A stretch of 64,000 nucleotides of DNA from Octopus vulgaris. Lineage: Eukaryota. Numbering within the stretch: the stretch's first letter is position 1; each line of letters begins with the position of its first letter. The translations under genes were made by a program, and so were the position numbers. Under the pieces are notes generated by a model that saw only the letters and a program-made list of their open reading frames with translations, made no database searches and was not told where the DNA came from. The stretch covers positions 8,246,001 to 8,310,000 of the forward strand of contig OX597815.1 in assembly GCA_951406725.2 (NCBI GenBank), read 5' to 3'. Shown piece after piece: positions 14,309-27,202 of the stretch.

Positions 14309-14710
14309 AGGGCGGCCAGCTGGCAGATTCGTTATTATGCCAAGCAAAACGCCTAACAGCATTTCGTCCGCCTTTACTTTCTGAGTTCAAATTCCGCCGA
14401 GGTCGACTTTGCCTTTCATCCTTTCGAGGTCGATAAATTAAGGACCAGTTACGCATTGGGGTCGATATAATCGACTTAATCCGTTTGTCTGTCCTTGTTT
14501 GTCCCCTCTGTGTTCAGCCCTTTGTGGGTAGTAAAGAAATAGATATTTCGTCCGCCTTTACTTTCTGAGTTCAAATTCCGCCGAGGTCGATTTTGCCATT
14601 CATCCTTTACAAGGTCGGGCAAGTAAGTACCAGTTAATAAATACTGGGGTCGATATAATCAACTTACCTCCTCCCCCGAAATTTCTGGTTTTGCTTCAAA
14701 GCTTTGAAAC
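14309..14710 (+). mobile_element. SINE family A monomer plus restarted second unit with a different tail
   Basis: Second unit restarts at tatttcgtccgcc (14545) and ends in the older ...gcttcaaagctttgaaacc type tail. Confidence 0.85.
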
Positions 14711-14719
14711 CATTATTAC

Positions 14720-15700
14720 CCTGAAGAGGGGAATTCATTTTTTGTTTGTTTGTTTTGAAGATGTTGTTTCTCTTTCCTGTTTTTGTTCTTTTCTTTTGTT
14801 GTTCACTATTTTTGTGTGTAACTTCTGTCTCTTTCTTCCTTTTGCATTCCTCACAATTTCGGATACCTTCATTTTAAACCATTATTTCTTCCACATCACA
14901 CAACTAATGTTGCTGGTTGCTACAATTAGGGGACACTTGTTTTCAGGATTGGGCCGAGATGATCTCCTCCGCCATTCTCGTTGCTGTGACTCATGGTACT
15001 TTAGAAACTGGAGTTTAAGCCGATGTTGATGTTGAGCGGTCCGAAACGTGGTCCTTTGCTATTCGTAAGACCCGCAGAAGAGAAAGCAGCTCAACCCCCG
15101 ACACCGAGAGCATCGACGGGTGGATGAATGCGCATCCAGACTCAGCATTTGCGTAAGAAGTCGGGGACAAGAAACAGGAAGAAAGAGTGAGAGAAAGTTG
15201 GGGCGAAAGAGTACAACAGGGATCGCCACCCCCGCCGGAGCCTCGTAGAGCTTTAGGTATTTTATCTCAATAAACACACAACGCCCGGTCTGGGAATCGA
15301 AACCGCGATCCTCCGACCGCAAGTCCGCTACCGTAACCACTGGGCCATTGCGCCTCCACACGGAGTTTACTGCTCCTATTGCTGACTCAACTGGTCTCCA
15401 CTGCTCTTCTTTCTCACTTTCTTTTCTATTTTTTCCAGTTCTTCATGTCAAAAGTCTCTCGAATAACTCCTACTGCCACATGTATAGCAACTTGGCCTTT
15501 TGCATTGTGTCCGAAATTCCCTATACTGTTTTTTAAATTATTCTTTCGTCCATATTTGGAAATCACTGCGGTAATTTTTTAAGGCACAAATATGTTGTTT
15601 TTGTCTTAGCGCTCTTTTGGTACAAATCCTATGACAAAGTGACACTATCTGGTTTACCAAATTTATTTTCTGGTTATTTTTCTTAAGTCTAAAAACTGTT
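14720..15700 (-). mobile_element. Decayed gag-like (zinc-knuckle) retroelement ORF, interrupted by a SINE
   Basis: Minus strand near 15460-15505 reads KRPSCYTCGSRSY (degenerate CCHC) followed by K/E-rich sequence; architecture like 58313-60320. Confidence 0.4.
15022..15357 (-). mobile_element. SINE family B, tail type B2
   Basis: Head ggaggcgcaatggcccagtggtt..ggtttcgattccc; tail aaaggaccacgtttcgga..cgctcaac; TSD ggagttta. Confidence 0.9.
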
Positions 15701-16162
15701 TGTAACGATGGAAACAAAGCTAATCTAATACTACTGCAATTACTATAATTTGTAGCGTCTACTAATATTTGTGTACGAGTGCTGTTGTTGTTGCTTAAAG
15801 AAATTATTCTTTAAAATATTTCGAGTTTTATCTTTCTCTTTAAATATTAATATTTATCTGTTGTGTTCATTTTGGTGCAATTTGATTTTGTATTGTGTCT
15901 CGTGTTTTTACGAACTGATATATCATTTTTGGTTACTCACTGAATATTTTTATAGCGGTGTTTAATAGACGTGAAATGTGGTCAAAATATGTAAGTAAAT
16001 AAGATGGAGTCTGCATTGAGAGTAGAATGTCATTTAACCTAAATCCTTATTGGCAGAGTACTCCGAAGAAAGAATTCATTTTGAAATTGTAATGATTTCA
16101 AATTTTCGGCACAAAACTATCAATTTGTGGGGAGAAGTAAGTTGATTACATTGACCCTTGTA

Positions 16163-16511
16163 ACGCGAGTAAAATTACAAATAGAGAAACGAAAATAAAC
16201 TTTGGAAACAGCAACGCCACCATAGGTTACGTTGAAACGATGAACGTGTTTTCAAGGGAGATAATCAAAGAACGTAACATTGTAATACTTCATGTAAAGT
16301 AAATATAACAAATGAAAAATCCTTCAAGAATCAATAAAAATTCCTGGATCACTACCAAAATTTCATCATCTGTTCCTTGTGTCGTTACCAACTTTTCCTG
16401 CAAGTTTCATCATATACCATTCGCAACATTTTGAGTTATTTTGCACACAGACGGACAAACAGACAAAACCAACGCCGATAAAACATAACCTCCTTCCTTG
16501 GCGGAGATAAT
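16163..16511 (-). mobile_element. Helentron-associated / DINE-1-like non-autonomous element
   Basis: Minus strand starts attatctccgccaaggaaggaggttatgttt followed by gtctgtttgtccgtctgt; second copy at 57632-57955. Confidence 0.6.
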
Positions 16512-17359
16512 GAAAAATAGTTATATAAGAAAAATTTTATAAGCCGATTGCGCTTTCAGATTTTCAGAACTGTCGTAACTCATATTGGCAATCGTTGATA
16601 TCCATACTGATCTGCCGATAGTGTTATATCATCGATGATGGCAATAGCTTTTGGGGCAGTCGATACTGTAAAGTATTGTCTGTTGTCCCATATGAATATT
16701 AAATCAATGAGAGTTACACAATCTCTGAAGATTAGACAGCAGAACGACTCAAAAGGTTTCTTTGGTATAACTGGAATTTAAAAAATTTCGAACATGAAAC
16801 GAGCGTAAAATGATGCTATAAAGCTTTATGAACAGACTTTCCTGTTTTGTTTTGCTTTCTGTATGCACTCTGTGACCTATATGACTTGTAGAGTTCAAGT
16901 AAATGGAATTCGGATTTATAATACGACGACTCCTCACATATTGAATATGCATAGAGTTCTAAATCAGTTTGAATTGAAATCGAACTATAGAACTATATAT
17001 ATGCATGCATGCATATATGTATGTATGTATAGGGAGTGAGTGAGTGAGTGAGAGAAGAGAGGGAGAGAGAATGTGTGTGAGACGGTAGAAATATTTCACT
17101 TGAACAATTTAGGTAACCACACCTGATAGTATGTAGTCCACATAATTGTTGGTATGCAGTATTGCACGCAGACAAGTGGTGGTGGCTGTGGTAGTGATGG
17201 TTGCAGAGGCAGAGGTAGTGTTGCATAGAATTAAGGTGGTGGTGGTGGGTTTGATGGTAGGCGATGTATATGCTATGAATGTGTGTTGGTAGAGTTGAGC
17301 TTGTAGTGGTGGTCGTATGATATAGTACTGACAGCAACGACTATTACAACTACTACCAT

Positions 17360-17890
17360 AGTGGGTCACAAGCCAGCTACATCATTGTTCGCTATGTCGT
17401 AGCCAGTTGGGTCATAATCAATTGTGTCGAGGCCTGCAATGTCATAGTCAGTTACATTATAGCCAACTATGTCACAGTCAACTGTCTCATGGTCAGTTGT
17501 GTCATAGCTGTGTTGTGGCCAGCTATGTCATAATCAGTCGTGTCATAGTCAGTTGTATCGTGACGAAGTTATGTCATAGTCAGCTGTGTCATAGACAACT
17601 ATGTTATAGTCAGTTGCCGGTTGTGTATCGGTCAGTGGTGTCGTAGTTAAATGTATCATATGTCAAAGTCAGTTGTGTCATAGTTGGCTTTGTTATGACC
17701 AGCTGTGTCGTGGTCAGCTGCATCAGGGTCAACTGTGTCATAGCCAATTATAATGGGTAGTTACGGTCATTTGAAAGATGCTCGATTGTCACATTTTCTC
17801 AATTATGTAATGACCAAAATATGTAATGGTAAGTAGTCAGGGGTCAACTGTGTCATGACATAATCAACAACATTGTGTTTAACTGTGACG
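17360..17890. repeat. Degenerate ~15-bp minisatellite (gtcatagtcagttgt)
   Basis: Recurring tgtcatagtca/agttgtgtc units; continues weakly after 18510. Confidence 0.8.
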
Positions 17891-17907
17891 GTCATGGCAA
17901 ACTGTAA

Positions 17908-18509
17908 GGCGGCGAGATGGCAGAAACGTTAGTACGCCTGGCGAAATGCGTAGCCGTATTTCGTCTGCCGTTACGTTCTGAGTTCAAATTCCGCCGAGGT
18001 CGACTGTGCCTTTCATCCTTTCGGGGTCGATAAATTAAAGTACCAGTTACGCACTGGGGTCGATATAATCGACTTAATCCGTTTGTCTGTCCTTGTTTGT
18101 CCCCTCTGTGTTTCAGCCCCTTGTGGGTATTAAAGAAATAGGTATTTCGTCTGCCGCTACGTTCTGAGTTCAAATTCCGCCGAGGTCAACTTTGCCTTTC
18201 ATCCTTTCGGGGTCGATAAATTATGTACCACTTACGCAGTGTGGTCGATGTAATCGACTTAATCCGTTTGTCTGTCCTTGTTTGTCCCCTCTGTGTTCAG
18301 CCCCTTGTGGGTAGTAAAGAAATAGGTATTTCGTCTGCCGTTACGTTCTGAGTTCAAATTCCGCCGAGGTCGACTTTGCCTTTCATCCTTTCGGGGGTCG
18401 ATAAATTAAGTACCAGTTACGCACTGGGGTCGATGTAATCGACTTAATCCGTTTGTCTGTCTTTGTTTGTCCTCTCTGTGTTTGGCCCCTTGTGGGTAGT
18501 AAAGAAATA
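17908..18509 (+). mobile_element. SINE family A trimer in one insertion
   Basis: One head plus three body-tail units; 16-bp TSD ggtcatggcaaactgt at 17890 and 18510. Confidence 0.93.
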
Positions 18510-18800
18510 GGTCATGGCAAACTGTGATATGAAAACAGTGATATGACATACTTTGGTCAAGTCAACCAAGTGTGTTGTGGCTAGCTATAATGGTCGACTA
18601 CAGACTGATCAGTTTTCTCATAGTCACCTGTGTTATAACCATAGGCTTTATAACATGGTCGGTCTTGTCGGTTTGTTGATTACAGGATGACATCATCTCA
18701 GTATCACATTGAATGTGTTATCACTATCATATTAGGTGTTTTCATATATCACCAATCTCACACTGTTATGTGGTTATATCTATCAATCTCACATTGTTAA

Positions 18801-19215
18801 GGCGGCGAGCTGGCAGAAACGTTAGCGCGCCGGGCGAAATGCTTAGCGGTGTTTCGTCTGTCTTTACGTTCTGAGTTCAAATTCCGCCGAGGTCGACTTT
18901 GCCTTTCATCCTTTCGGGGTCGATAAATAAAGTACCAGTCACGCACCGGGGTCGAAATAATCGATATGATCCCTTTGTCTGTCCTTGTTTGTCTCCTCTG
19001 TGTTTAGCCCCTTGTGGGTAATAAAGAAATAGGTATTTCGTCTGCCGCTACGTTCTGAGTTCAAATTACGCCGAGGTCGACTTTGCCTTTCATCCTTTCG
19101 GGGTCGATAAATAAAGTACCAGTTTCGCACCGGGGTCGATGTAATCGATTTAATCCCTTTGTCTGTCCTTGTTTGTCCCCTCTATGTTTAGCCCCTTGTG
19201 GGTAGTAAAGAAATA
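18801..19215 (+). mobile_element. SINE family A dimer
   Basis: One head plus two units; ~23-bp TSD tatatctatc(a/g)atctcacattgt. Confidence 0.92.
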
Positions 19216-19444
19216 TATATCTATCGATCTCACATTGTGAGGTGGTTAAAACCTATAGGTTTATTGTGTGTGATTGATTATATTTTTCCTTTTCACGTTG
19301 GATGTGCCACATGTTTATCAATATTACATTATCTGTCATTATAGCTATTAATAATCCATCGATGTAACTTGTGTGAGTGGTTTATATCTGTTCAATATCA
19401 CATTGTCTGGGTTTGTGTCTATCAACTGTGTCATCTGTATTGAA

Positions 19445-19665
19445 GGCAGTGTGATGGCAAAATCGTTAACACTCCAGGCAGAATGCTTAGCGGCATATCG
19501 TCTGTCTTTACGTTTTGGGTTCAAATTCCGCCGGGATCGACTTTGCTTTTCATCCTTTCGGCGGGGGTAGGGTCGATAAAATAAGTACCAGCTGAGCACT
19601 GGGTCGATGTAATTGACTTTCCCCGCTCCCTCTAAATTGCTGGCCTTGTGCCAAAATTTGAAACT
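19445..19665 (+). mobile_element. Older SINE family A variant
   Basis: Diverged head and core with tail ggccttgtgccaaaatttgaaac. Confidence 0.8.
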
Positions 19666-19822
19666 AATATGTCACCTGTATCGATAATTTTAGTTTCCAC
19701 TAAGGTCGCCGTTTCACTCCACACTCTGCAATTGTTCAGGAATCTAGCAAGGACGCTATTCAAAGTAGATTTCTTAGCATTTTCTCAATTCGGCAATATA
19801 TTGTTATTTAGAACAAATATAC

Positions 19823-20238
19823 GGATCTTTTCGGTTTGACCGGCAGTTTTTTCTAGCGGTGTCATATGAAATTGTCACCCATAATTATAACCCTAGTATC
19901 GATCTATTGCATTTCAATCTCTTTTTGGGTTAGGGTTAGGGGTGGGGGGAAGGGTGTCTTTTTTCTTCAGAAATGTAAATAAACCCAATCTGTTTCTTAA
20001 ACGAGGGACATATTCATACGGCACAGTATGTTTTCACCTCAATAGACGTAATTGATTGGTTGAAATTGCAGAAATTGAAGAAAAACAACAACAAATATCT
20101 TACAAACCATAGAATTTTCTCAATAAAGCCAAGAGAAAAAGATGTTTTATAAACACATTCTACCAGTATACGAAGTTTAAAAGCGTTTAGTTACGTGGAA
20201 ATTATTTTAAAAAACTGCCGGTCAAACCGAAAAGATCC
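19823..20238. mobile_element. MITE with GGATC termini and 8-bp TSD (Merlin-like)
   Basis: TIR ggatcttttcggtttgaccggcagtttt; TSD aaatatac on both sides. Confidence 0.85.
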
Positions 20239-21224
20239 AAATATACAACTCCAAAACAACAACAACAGTAACAACATCATCAACAACAACGTACATTAAA
20301 TTCTACGAAATAAACCAGAAATGAAGTCAAGAGAATTTAAGAGAGGACAACAAAGACAATCCTAAACAAATTCTTTTTTTTTTTTTGTGTGTGTAGTAAC
20401 CACAAACACCATTAAAATATTGTTGTTATTGTTGTAACATTTTGTGAAGGGGATTATTTAGCTACTATTATGTTGTTATAGCAACAGAATAATTTCATGT
20501 ACAAAAGAAGTAGTGACCTAGAATAAAAAGGGTTGAAATGAAAAGACTCGTTAAGTCGAAGATTTCAGCTGCATTGGACGTGAATATATAGTTTATCTTA
20601 TAGCCTGCTGCCTTCCAGCAACCGCCAACTACCTGCCCGCCTGCTTTTCATGCGTAGCTGTGTTACATTGACACAGAGAACCCACCACATACCACCACAT
20701 ACCACCACATACCACCACCGTCACAACTATGTTTGACGTGTGGTGGCGTGTGGTGGCCTGTGGTGGCGTGTGGTGGCGTATGGTGTAGTTTTCTAGTCTA
20801 CGTGTCGTTAAATCGAAAATCCACCCGCACAGGTATTGACTCTAAACCCCTCGAATGCCGTCCTTTCATGATGTACTACCTGATAATTTTGGTGTGTTTC
20901 ATCTTCCACTCCTTCGTTCCAGTGTTTATCGCATTAAAATCTGACCAACATCGCTTCGAATTCTTTTATTCCTTACATTGGATACAGCACGCAGGATGTA
21001 GTAAACTTTGAACTTAGCAACTCATACCTATTTTACAACTGTATAATCATTGCCCCTTCATCGCTACCCCACTTTATATGTATGTATGTATGTGTATGTA
21101 TGTACGTCCGTATCTATGTATTTATTTATTTATTTATGTATGTATGTATGTATGTATGTATGTATGTATGTCTCACACACACACATGTTGAACCGTTAAT
21201 CTCTACACATTTTTTCCCTTTCCA

Positions 21225-21400
21225 TTTTTTTTCATTCTCTCTCCATTTTTTTCTCGCTTAATCCTTCCTGTCAAAGAGCGTAGGCTCGAAACATAAAATA
21301 CTTTTCTATTCTTCCCGAGCAGAATGGAACAAATACACCTGCTTGTTGTTCTTTCTACACCTGTATTCGTCTTTTGTTTTCTGTAAATTTGAACTATATA
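21225..21400 (+). mobile_element. Penelope-like terminal repeat with hammerhead-like motif
   Basis: gagcgtaggctcgaaac module; reverse copies at 49027-49200 and 52094-52240. Confidence 0.55.
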
Positions 21401-21462
21401 TATATAAAATAAGGAGAATGAAGAATTTGAACTTCCAAATTTTAAGTTTATTTCCAGTTAGT

Positions 21463-21651
21463 ATATATTTCTTTACTACCCACAAGGAGCTAAATATAGA
21501 GGGGACAAACAAAGACAGACAAACGGATTAAATCGATTACATCGACCCCAGTGCGAAACTGATACTTAATTTATCGATCTCGAAAGGATGAAAGGCAAAG
21601 TCGACCTCGGCGGAATTTGAACTCAGAACGCAACGACAGACGAGATACCGC
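21463..21651 (-). mobile_element. SINE family A, 5'-truncated
   Basis: Homology to other copies. Confidence 0.88.
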
Positions 21652-22195
21652 AAGAAACTTGTCTTTATATACAATATTTTCGTAAATAGAAAAAAATAAA
21701 AGGCGATCAGCTGATCTAGTTTCAATCCTATTTTGGGATTTCATCTGTAACAGACAACATTGTTTAATTGCCCACAGAAATAACACTGCTTGTAAACTCA
21801 CTATTACTAACAACTTACGTAAATCGGATAATCCAATTTGCATACCATAGCGCATTCGTGACAGCTAATTCAATGTGTGTGTGTGTGAGAGACTATGTGT
21901 CATAGGTAAACCTATTGGATATGAGCAATACTTTTCAGTGTGTTTTATAGTCAATGTCTTTATATTTAGAATTCAATTATTGAAATATTTCAGAGTTGAA
22001 TTACTATTTTCTTTTCCAGGAGAAAAGAATTTAACTTTTGTCAAAGTAAACAATGAGTGGACATAATGAAAGCTAGGTGCGGTTGGGAGCGGAGGATTAA
22101 CGTGTCTGTGTGTTTATACCTGTTTAATATACTTCTTTATGAGCGTTATGCATGAACAGTCACGCACCAATATACATACGTACACGCATTCATAC

Positions 22196-22226
<31 letters not shown>

Positions 22227-22883
22227 TGTATGTATGTATGTATGCATATATATATTATATGTATATATGCATACATATATTACATGCTTTTTATTTATGT
22301 ATGTAAATAAAAAAAACAGTGCCATAATAAAGAACTCAATACTTGGTGTTCAGCTAAATATTTTCGTTTTAAAAGATAACAGTGTTCACGATGTTTCGCT
22401 AAATTTGGCTTTTTTTATTAAACTGACTGAAAAGTCAGATTTTAGGAAGCGGCGAATCACCGCCATCTTCATAACATTGTCATTTGTAAACAGTCGGTAA
22501 ATTTCTTCCCCAAACCATCCTTTATGCTCCAGGCTTACAAACATACACTCGTACACAAACAAGTGCGGAAAGCATGCTTGGTCGCTTCAAGCCACGAAAG
22601 CTGACATGTTCCTTCTATCACCTTGAAACAATCTACTCCAGAGCTAAATCCTTATCTCACTAAGCACTGCAATTTCTTCAGTATCTCTCCATCGATCGCG
22701 TCCTCCGCTTCATTTTTTGTAAATCACTCATTCTCATTTAATTGTATATATTTTGTTTGTTATTCATACGTTTCGTCTCATTCGATACCCTGACCCCAAT
22801 GTTTGTTTTGTCTGTCCTCGTATCGTCCCCTCTTTTTCTTAACCTCGTGGTTAATAAAGAAATTATCTCTCTCTCTCTCTCTC

Positions 22884-22924
<41 letters not shown>

Positions 22925-22969
22925 CAGAAAAGAGTTACAATATGTCTCATTCTCTAAAAGAGCAACCTC

Positions 22970-23920
22970 TCTGCTCCTGCCAATTGCCTTCCTATCACAT
23001 CTTTAAAATGATGAAGACAGTTATCAACAACAGCCTTCCCTGTCACTTTCTCTATTTCTCTCATCACCACCAACATGGTTTTCCGAAAGCCAGATCTGTC
23101 ATGGCACCCACCAGTGGGATCTGATTCTAAAGAAATTTGGTGAAAGCAGTATCGTTGGTCTCGACATCAGCAAGGCTTTCGTCTGTGTCTGGTTCGCTAA
23201 TTACGTGGTAAAACAACTCGTGTATTGTATCCAGCCTTCTTTCATCTCTTGACTCGGTAGTTTTCTGTCAGATCGAACCGTATGCTGTATGTTGAAGGAA
23301 CTTCCTCTAGCCATCAATTCTAGAATCCTCTAGCTTTCGGTTTATTCTCCACACCCTTCTCTGCATCAAATGTCTACTTATTGTCATCTACAACAACGCC
23401 TCCTTCCGTTAAGGATACCTATTTCTTTACTACCCACAAGGGGCTAAACACAGAGGGGACAAACAAGGACAGACAAACGGATCAAGTCAATTACACTGAC
23501 CCCAGTGCGTAACTGGTACTTAATTTATCGACCCCGAAAGGATGAAAGGCGAAGTCGACCTCGGCGGAATTTGAACTCAGAACGTAACGGCAGACGAAAT
23601 ACGGCTACGCATTTCGCCCGGCGTGCTAACCATTCTGCCAGCTCGTCGGATACCATCCTCGATTCCTTCTTAGTCTTCCGCACCCAAACGTTCAACTGAG
23701 ATTACCCAACACAAAATTTGTCATGACTTCATGACAAAGGATTGTCATTCGTTCTTCCTTAACATCCCCGACCGTACGTCTCCCATGAGCGATCTAGACA
23801 CCACACCCCAAAGCCGATTTCACAAGCGATGAGATTACGAGCAGTCTCCTGTGTACCAATCCCAATCCCATTCTCTTTCAACAGCAAAAGACAAACACCA
23901 CTCAAGTGAAGAATATAAAC
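22970..23920 (+). mobile_element. Decayed non-LTR reverse transcriptase fragment (CR1/L2/Jockey group), split by a SINE
   Basis: PIAFLSH..KMMKTVIN, QHGFxKARS and IVGLDISKAF resemble RT motifs PISLL..K..E, QxGFR..RS and LDISKAFD. Confidence 0.7.
23420..23648 (-). mobile_element. SINE family A
   Basis: Homology; TSD ggatacc. Confidence 0.9.
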
Positions 23921-24071
23921 CACTGCGTTCGCTCGCCTACGCAGAGTGGCATTCAGCCAGAACCGACACGGTCGCACCAAATGCTCGCCCTTACGAATAG
24001 TGAGGATTTCATCGGACGAAAACCTCTCCTTTACCGCATCACAAAGACTGGCACTTCTCTTTATATATACA

Positions 24072-24110
<39 letters not shown>

Positions 24111-24112
<2 letters not shown>

Positions 24113-24498
24113 ATGGAAGCACTCCGTCGGTTACGACGACAAGGGTTCCGGTTGATCCGATCAACGGAACAGCCTACTCGTGAAATTAACGTGTAAGTGG
24201 CTGAGCACTCCACAGACAATTGTGTACCCTTAACGTAGTTCTCGGGAATATTCAGCGTGACACAGAGAGTGACAAGGCCGGCCCTTTGAAATACAGGTAC
24301 AACAGAAACATGAAGTAAGAGTGAGAGAAAGTTGTGGTGAAAGAGTACAGCAGGGATCACCACCATCCCCTGCTGGAGCCTCGTGGAGCTTTAGGTGTTT
24401 TCGCTCAATAAACACTCACAACGCCCGGTCTGGGAATCGAAACCGCGATACTATGACCGCGAGTCCGCTGCCCTAACCGCTGGGCCATTGCGCCTCCA
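24111..24498 (-). mobile_element. SINE family B, tail type B1
   Basis: Same head as B2; tail ...cgtcgtaaccgacggagtgcttcca. Confidence 0.92.
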
Positions 24499-24499
24499 C

Positions 24500-24545
<46 letters not shown>

Positions 24546-24585
24546 TACGCATATATGTAGATACATATCTATACATACGCGCGCG

Positions 24586-24619
<34 letters not shown>

Positions 24620-24643
24620 TCTATCTATCTATCTATCTATCTA

Positions 24644-24682
<39 letters not shown>

Positions 24683-24721
24683 CACACACATATATATACA
24701 TACATATGTGTGTGTATGTAT

Positions 24722-24852
24722 TTAAAACAGTTTTATTCTACTTCATGCGACTTAAAGTCTTGTAGGCCCCTAGCAGAAGCCCGTCTCTTTCAGGCTTCTG
24801 TTAGAGACCCGCGGATCTTTAAGTCGCATGAAGCAGAATAAAACTGTTTTAA
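24722..24852. repeat. Near-perfect 131-bp fold-back palindrome
   Basis: ttaaaacagttttattctacttcatgcgacttaaag pairs with ctttaagtcgcatgaagcagaataaaactgttttaa; inner stem tagcagaagcc/ggcttctgtta. Confidence 0.9.
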
Positions 24853-24931
24853 CCGCTACATATAACTCCTACTAAATGTGTATTGAGTGCCTTTTCCCTC
24901 GTTTGTCCACTCATGCGTATTTTATATATAA

Positions 24932-24990
<59 letters not shown>

Positions 24991-24993
<3 letters not shown>

Positions 24994-25093
24994 GGACATG
25001 AAGGCCTGCAACATCAATATTAGCGGTTGGCAGGCAGTTGCCGGCAACCGTGGAGACTGGCGACGTACCGTAAGAGAGGGAATACAAAGGAGT

Positions 25094-25159
<66 letters not shown>

Positions 25160-25367
25160 AGAAAAGACGTCAACAAGAAACTATGGCATTATAACCAGCC
25201 AGGAACAGTCTTCGCTACATTTGCGCCACCTGCCAGAGGGAGTGTTTGTCCAGGATAGGACTACACAGCCACAGCAGGAAATGTATCAGGACATGAAATG
25301 TAGAAGCCGGACAAGACTACTTTATGCGCAACTCCATTGTCTCCCGAGACAAAAAGGATGCCAACAA
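24991..25367 (+). mobile_element. 3' end of an RTE-clade LINE
   Basis: RDMKACNINISGWQAVAGNRGDWRRTV, C-terminal knuckle CATCQRECLSRIGLHSHSRKC, and 3' end ccattgtctcccgagacaaaaaggatgcc. Confidence 0.8.
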
Positions 25368-26899
25368 TGTCCTTTGACTGTGAAGCTGTCGTCTGGGTTC
25401 TTCCAATTTTTGTCGGTGGCGGAGTTGGCGTCCATGCTCGCACCTGCACCTGTGTCGCTTCTCCCCTCCTTCCCTCCTTCATGAAGCTGTGGGGAAGGCA
25501 GGGTAAGGAAATCAACGTCGTAAGCGTTGTCAAGGAGACCGGCGTTCTTTTCGACGACAACTTCATGGCTTTGAAGTCGCCAAAACAGAAATGGCTAAGA
25601 AAGCCGAAAGCAAATTCTACAAAATGGGGAAACACGCCACACAGGGAAGGTTTCCCGTGCAAAGAATTTGCACAACCGAATGCTTTAGTTGTTGCACAAC
25701 TTTTACCTAAAAGATGTTATCCGAACACAAACTTTTGAAGGCAATAAAAAGGCAAACTTGAAGACAATATTGTATGGCGATGGTGCTTGTGAAATATGGT
25801 AATAGATTTAGTAGCCAAAAGGAGAGAGCAGAGGTATAGTATGGTGGCGGCGGTGGTGATGGTGGTGGTGTTGGTGGCGGCGGTGGCGGTGGAAATAGCG
25901 ACGGCGGAGGTGGTAGTGGCGGTGGTGGTGTTGGTGGTGGTGGCGGTGGTGGTGGTGGTGGTGGTGGTGGTGGTGGTGGTCATGGTGGTAGTGGTAGTGG
26001 TGGTGGTCATGGTGGTAGTGGTAGTGGTGGTGGTGGTGGTGGTCATGATGGTGGTGGTGGTCATGGTGGTAGTGGTGGTGGTGGTTGTGGTGGTGGTGGT
26101 GGTAGTGGTAGTGGTCATGGTGGTGGTGGTGGTCATGGTGGTAGTGGTGGTGGTGGTTGTGGTGGTGGTGGTGGTAGTGGTAGTGATGGTGGTCATGGTG
26201 GTTGTGGCGGCGGCGGTGGTGGTGTTGGTGGTGGTGGTGGTGGTGGTGGTGGTGGTAGTGGTGGTCATGGTGGTAGTGGCAGTGGTGGTGGTCATGGTGG
26301 TAGTGGTAGTGGTGGTGGTGGTGGTGGTCATGATGGTGGTGGTGGTCATGGTGGTAGTGGTGGTGGTGGTTGTGGTGGTGGTGGTGGTAGTGGTAGTGGT
26401 GGTGGTGGTGGTGGTAGTGGTGGTCATGGTGGTGGTGGTGGTGGTGGTCATGGTGGTAGTGGTAGTGGTGATCGTGGTCGTCGTCGTCGTGGTGATGGTG
26501 GTGGTGTTTGTGGCAGAGTTGTCCTTTGACTGCGAAGCTGTCGTCTGGTTTCTTCCAATTCTTCTTTCTGTCGGTGGCGAAGTTGGCGTCCATGCACGCA
26601 CCTGCACCTGTGTTGCTCCTCCCCTTCTTCCCTCCTTCATGAAGCTGTGGGGAAGGCAGGGTAAGGAAATCAACGTCGTAAGCGTTGTCAAGGAGACCCG
26701 CCTTATTTTAGAACGACGACTTCATGGCTTTGAAGTCGCCAAAACAGAAATGGCTAAGAAAGCCGAAAGCAAATTCTACAAAATGGGGAAACACGCCACA
26801 CAGGGAAGATTTCCCGTGCAAAGAATTTGCACAACCGAATGTTTTAGTTGTTGCACAACTTTTACATAAAAGATGTTATCCGAACACAAACTTTTGAAG
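25368..26899. repeat. ~375-bp direct repeat pair (25368-25740, 26520-26899) flanking a (GGT)n array
   Basis: Near-identical copies starting tgtcctttgactg and ending cacaaacttttgaag. Confidence 0.9.
25840..26510. repeat. (GGT/AGT/CAT)n trinucleotide array
   Basis: Directly visible; source of poly-V/T/H ORFs. Confidence 0.95.
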
Positions 26900-27082
26900 T
26901 TTAGTATTGTCCTTTTTTTAATTTTTAACGCTTGTGCAAAATTGGATTTGTTTTTGGTGGTAGTGTTGGTGATAGTGTTGGTGTCACTTGTAGTGGTTGA
27001 GGTCATAGTAGTGGTGTTGTTGTTGGCAGTTAGGGTAGACGGAAAAACGACGATATCGTTGCTGTTGTTGTTGTCGTCGTCG

Positions 27083-27114
<32 letters not shown>

Positions 27115-27202
27115 GGTAGTGGTGGTGGTGGTGACGGTGGTGGCGGTGGTGACGGTGGCGGTGGTGGTGGTGTTGGTGGTGGTGGTGGTGATGTTGGTGG
27201 TG

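Noticed and set aside
17908-18509. CRISPR-like regularly repeated units
   Set aside because: Units are ~185-bp SINE bodies without unique spacers; eukaryotic context and no cas genes.
19925-19945. Interstitial telomere (TTAGGG)n
   Set aside because: Only two units, internal to the MITE family consensus.
25717-26869. Poly-Thr/Val/His ORFs resembling mucin or His-rich proteins
   Set aside because: Products of a (GGT)n array open in several frames, with no gene structure.
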